IMG/VR virus record: IMGVR_UViG_3300015201_000002
Direction: 5' to 3' (one strand)
Source of the DNA: a virus
Length of the DNA stretch: 33,313 nt
The notes under the pieces are model-generated. The model did no database searches and had not been told where the DNA came from. It saw only the letters and a list, made by a program, of their open reading frames with translations. Position numbers and translations under genes: made by a program. Shown here one piece after another: positions 31,964-33,313 of the stretch (position 1 is the first letter of the stretch; every line of letters starts with the position of its first letter).

Positions 31964-31990
31964 CTAGGGTTAATGTTGTTAGTCAGAAAA
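31964..31990 (-). repeat. 27-bp motif copy 10 (consensus, inverted)
   Basis: The + strand reads CTAGGGTTAATGTTGTTAGTCAGAAAA. It lies 10 nt after the major-tail terminator and 32 nt before ATG 32022. Confidence 0.95.
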
Positions 31991-32021
31991 CTTTTGACTA
32001 TGAATGAGAGAAGGAATTGAA

Positions 32022-32372
32022 ATGGCTACAGGCGTAAAGAAAGTAAAGCGTAAGGGTCCTCTACACTTTGATGTACCAGCGATCCCAGAACGAACACACG
32101 TACTATTCACATGGGGAGAAAAGGAATTTCTTGTATATGAATCCAAGGATACCTCTCCATTAATTATGGCTACTGCTCTTGAGATGCTTGAAGAGAATCC
32201 TCTTGCTGCTATGACCTATACCTTTAAAGAAATTCTTGGTACAGAGCAGTATAAGGAATTTACTAAGCTTAACCTATCCCCTGAAAGCTTCAAGGCTATT
32301 ACTGCTGAAGTAATGGAGCATCTTGCATCAGCTTTCGTAGAGGAAGAAGTTGAAGAAGAGGGAAAAGCCTAA
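32022..32372 (+). CDS. Tail assembly chaperone (gpG-like, 116 aa)
   Basis: GAAGGAATTGAA precedes ATG 32022, the same leader as gene 29141. The C-terminus is acidic. It lies between the major tail protein and the tape measure. Confidence 0.75.
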   Translation: MATGVKKVKRKGPLHFDVPAIPERTHVLFTWGEKEFLVYESKDTSPLIMATALEMLEENPLAAMTYTFKEILGTEQYKEFTKLNLSPESFKAITAEVMEHLASAFVEEEVEEEGKA

Positions 32373-32791
32373 GCTTTCCAGACTTCTTTACTAGGTTGTG
32401 TTTTTTGCTTACCAAGGTGATGGTTACTGGTTATAAAACTCATTGGATTAAGCCTTTTATTCAGCAGATCAGACAGATTATTTATTACACCATATATTCT
32501 GATGAGATTATGTCTGACTTTATGTTTATCGCTAATAAGGAAATCAATCCTGATGCTGATGACTTTGGTGGAATGAGTTCTAAACAGTTCTTTGCTTTGG
32601 TAAAGCAACTTCCTGGTTATGAAGGAGCTGTAAGAAGACGATTCCTTAGAGAGGCAGAATATGAAAAGAAGAGGCAGCAGCAAAGACTTGCAGGCTTGAA
32701 GAAGCCTAATGGAGATTATAACTGGCTGGCTCTAGCTGCTAGTGCTAATGGAGGTAAAGGTCTTGAAAGAGGAAGTGAACCGAATGGATGA
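32360..32791 (+). CDS. -1 frameshift extension of the tail assembly chaperone (gpGT-like fusion: 32022..32366 joined to 32366..32791)
   Basis: The slippery heptamer G GGA AAA (32360..32366) is in the zero frame, 2 codons before the TAA. The -1 frame is open only from 32354 and runs to TGA 32791, so the overlap window is 19 nt. Lambda uses G GGA AAG at the equivalent site. Confidence 0.7.
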   Translation, partial: GKSLSFPDFFTRLCFLLTKVMVTGYKTHWIKPFIQQIRQIIYYTIYSDEIMSDFMFIANKEINPDADDFGGMSSKQFFALVKQLPGYEGAVRRRFLREAEYEKKRQQQRLAGLKKPNGDYNWLALAASANGGKGLERGSEPNG

Positions 32792-32808
32792 GAGGGAGGT
32801 GGCTCTAA

Positions 32809-33313
32809 ATGCAGCCTAATGGTGGAACTAAAATTGGTCAAGGAGTCATCTCCGTAACTGCTGATATCGATAAAGCACAGATTGCTAAAACAGTAGGAGA
32901 TGCTGGAAAGCAGGCAGGGCAGGGATTCAATAAGAGCCTTGCAGATCACTTCAAGCGTGATAAGTCTGCTGTAGTAGCCGCTGGTTCCTCAGGAGAAGAT
33001 GCGGCTAAAGCATCAGGATCAGGTTTCGGTAGCAAGCTAAAGGCTATGGGTCCTATGCTTGCTACTGCTGGTCTAGCTGTTGGAGCTGCTGTTGGAGCCG
33101 CTATTGCTGGCTCAGTAATGAGTGCAATAGATAAGGAAAACGTACAGGCTCAGATGAAGGCTAAGTTTGGTCTTAGCCCTGAAGAGTCTAAAGCTAATGG
33201 TGCAATCTCTGGAAAGCTATATGCTCAGGGATTCGGTGATTCTGCTGCTGAGGTAGGAGATGCAGCCGGGTTGATTGGTAAGCTTACTGGCGCATCTGGC
33301 AAGGCTCTAGAGG
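32809..33313 (+). CDS. Tail tape measure protein, N-terminal part (continues at base 1 via the circular join)
   Basis: ATG 32809 follows GGGAGGTGGCTCTAA. The frame is open to the window end. The last 123 nt are identical to 1..123 and in phase with ORF 81..2618. The joined gene is 3000 nt (999 aa). Confidence 0.9.
   Translation, partial: MQPNGGTKIGQGVISVTADIDKAQIAKTVGDAGKQAGQGFNKSLADHFKRDKSAVVAAGSSGEDAAKASGSGFGSKLKAMGPMLATAGLAVGAAVGAAIAGSVMSAIDKENVQAQMKAKFGLSPEESKANGAISGKLYAQGFGDSAAEVGDAAGLIGKLTGASGKALE
33191..33313 (+). repeat. 123-bp exact duplicate of bases 1..123 (circular-contig overlap or terminal redundancy)
   Basis: Direct comparison of both ends shows they are identical from AAGCTAATGGTGCAATCTCT to AAGGCTCTAGAGG. 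Confidence 0.95.

Overview
The window is a complete, circularly closed tailed-phage genome of about 33.19 kb. Bases 33191..33313 repeat bases 1..123 exactly, and the join falls inside the tape measure gene (32809..33190 continuing at 1..2618).

Layout:
- Tail and tail-tip genes: 1..8089.
- Small lysis-like cassette: 8438..9634.
- Leftward operon (9705..11219) encoding a zinc-ribbon/winged-helix regulator plus a G+C-richer two-gene insert (81-aa protein and lipoprotein).
- Rightward early region: membrane-anchored FtsK/SpoIIIE-like ATPase, a roughly 1.1-kb almost ORF-free repeat hub, a 517-aa protein, an HNH endonuclease and many small ORFs.
- One tRNA.
- Classical late module: terS, terL, portal, MuF-like protein, scaffold, capsid, connectors, major tail protein, and G/G-T chaperones with a GGGAAAA slip site.

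I saw no integrase, DNA polymerase, helicase or primase, and no endolysin catalytic domain. The GCRC-type HNH, the FtsK-like gene and the tape-measure motifs hint at an actinobacterial host; this is inference only.

The most unusual content is non-coding:
1. Ten copies of a near-invariant 27-bp asymmetric motif (TTTTCTGACTAACAACATTAACCCTAG) sit at gene boundaries across the genome. Two more-extended pairs of copies bracket, respectively, the G+C-rich 81-aa gene and an in-frame segment inside the 517-aa ORF.
2. A 312-bp field holds about 26 TRTGAAR heptamers, a likely iteron or origin field.
3. Eight helically phased GTYCTAGG repeats lie directly behind the FtsK-like gene.

All functional calls come from reading motifs by eye; no database search was run.
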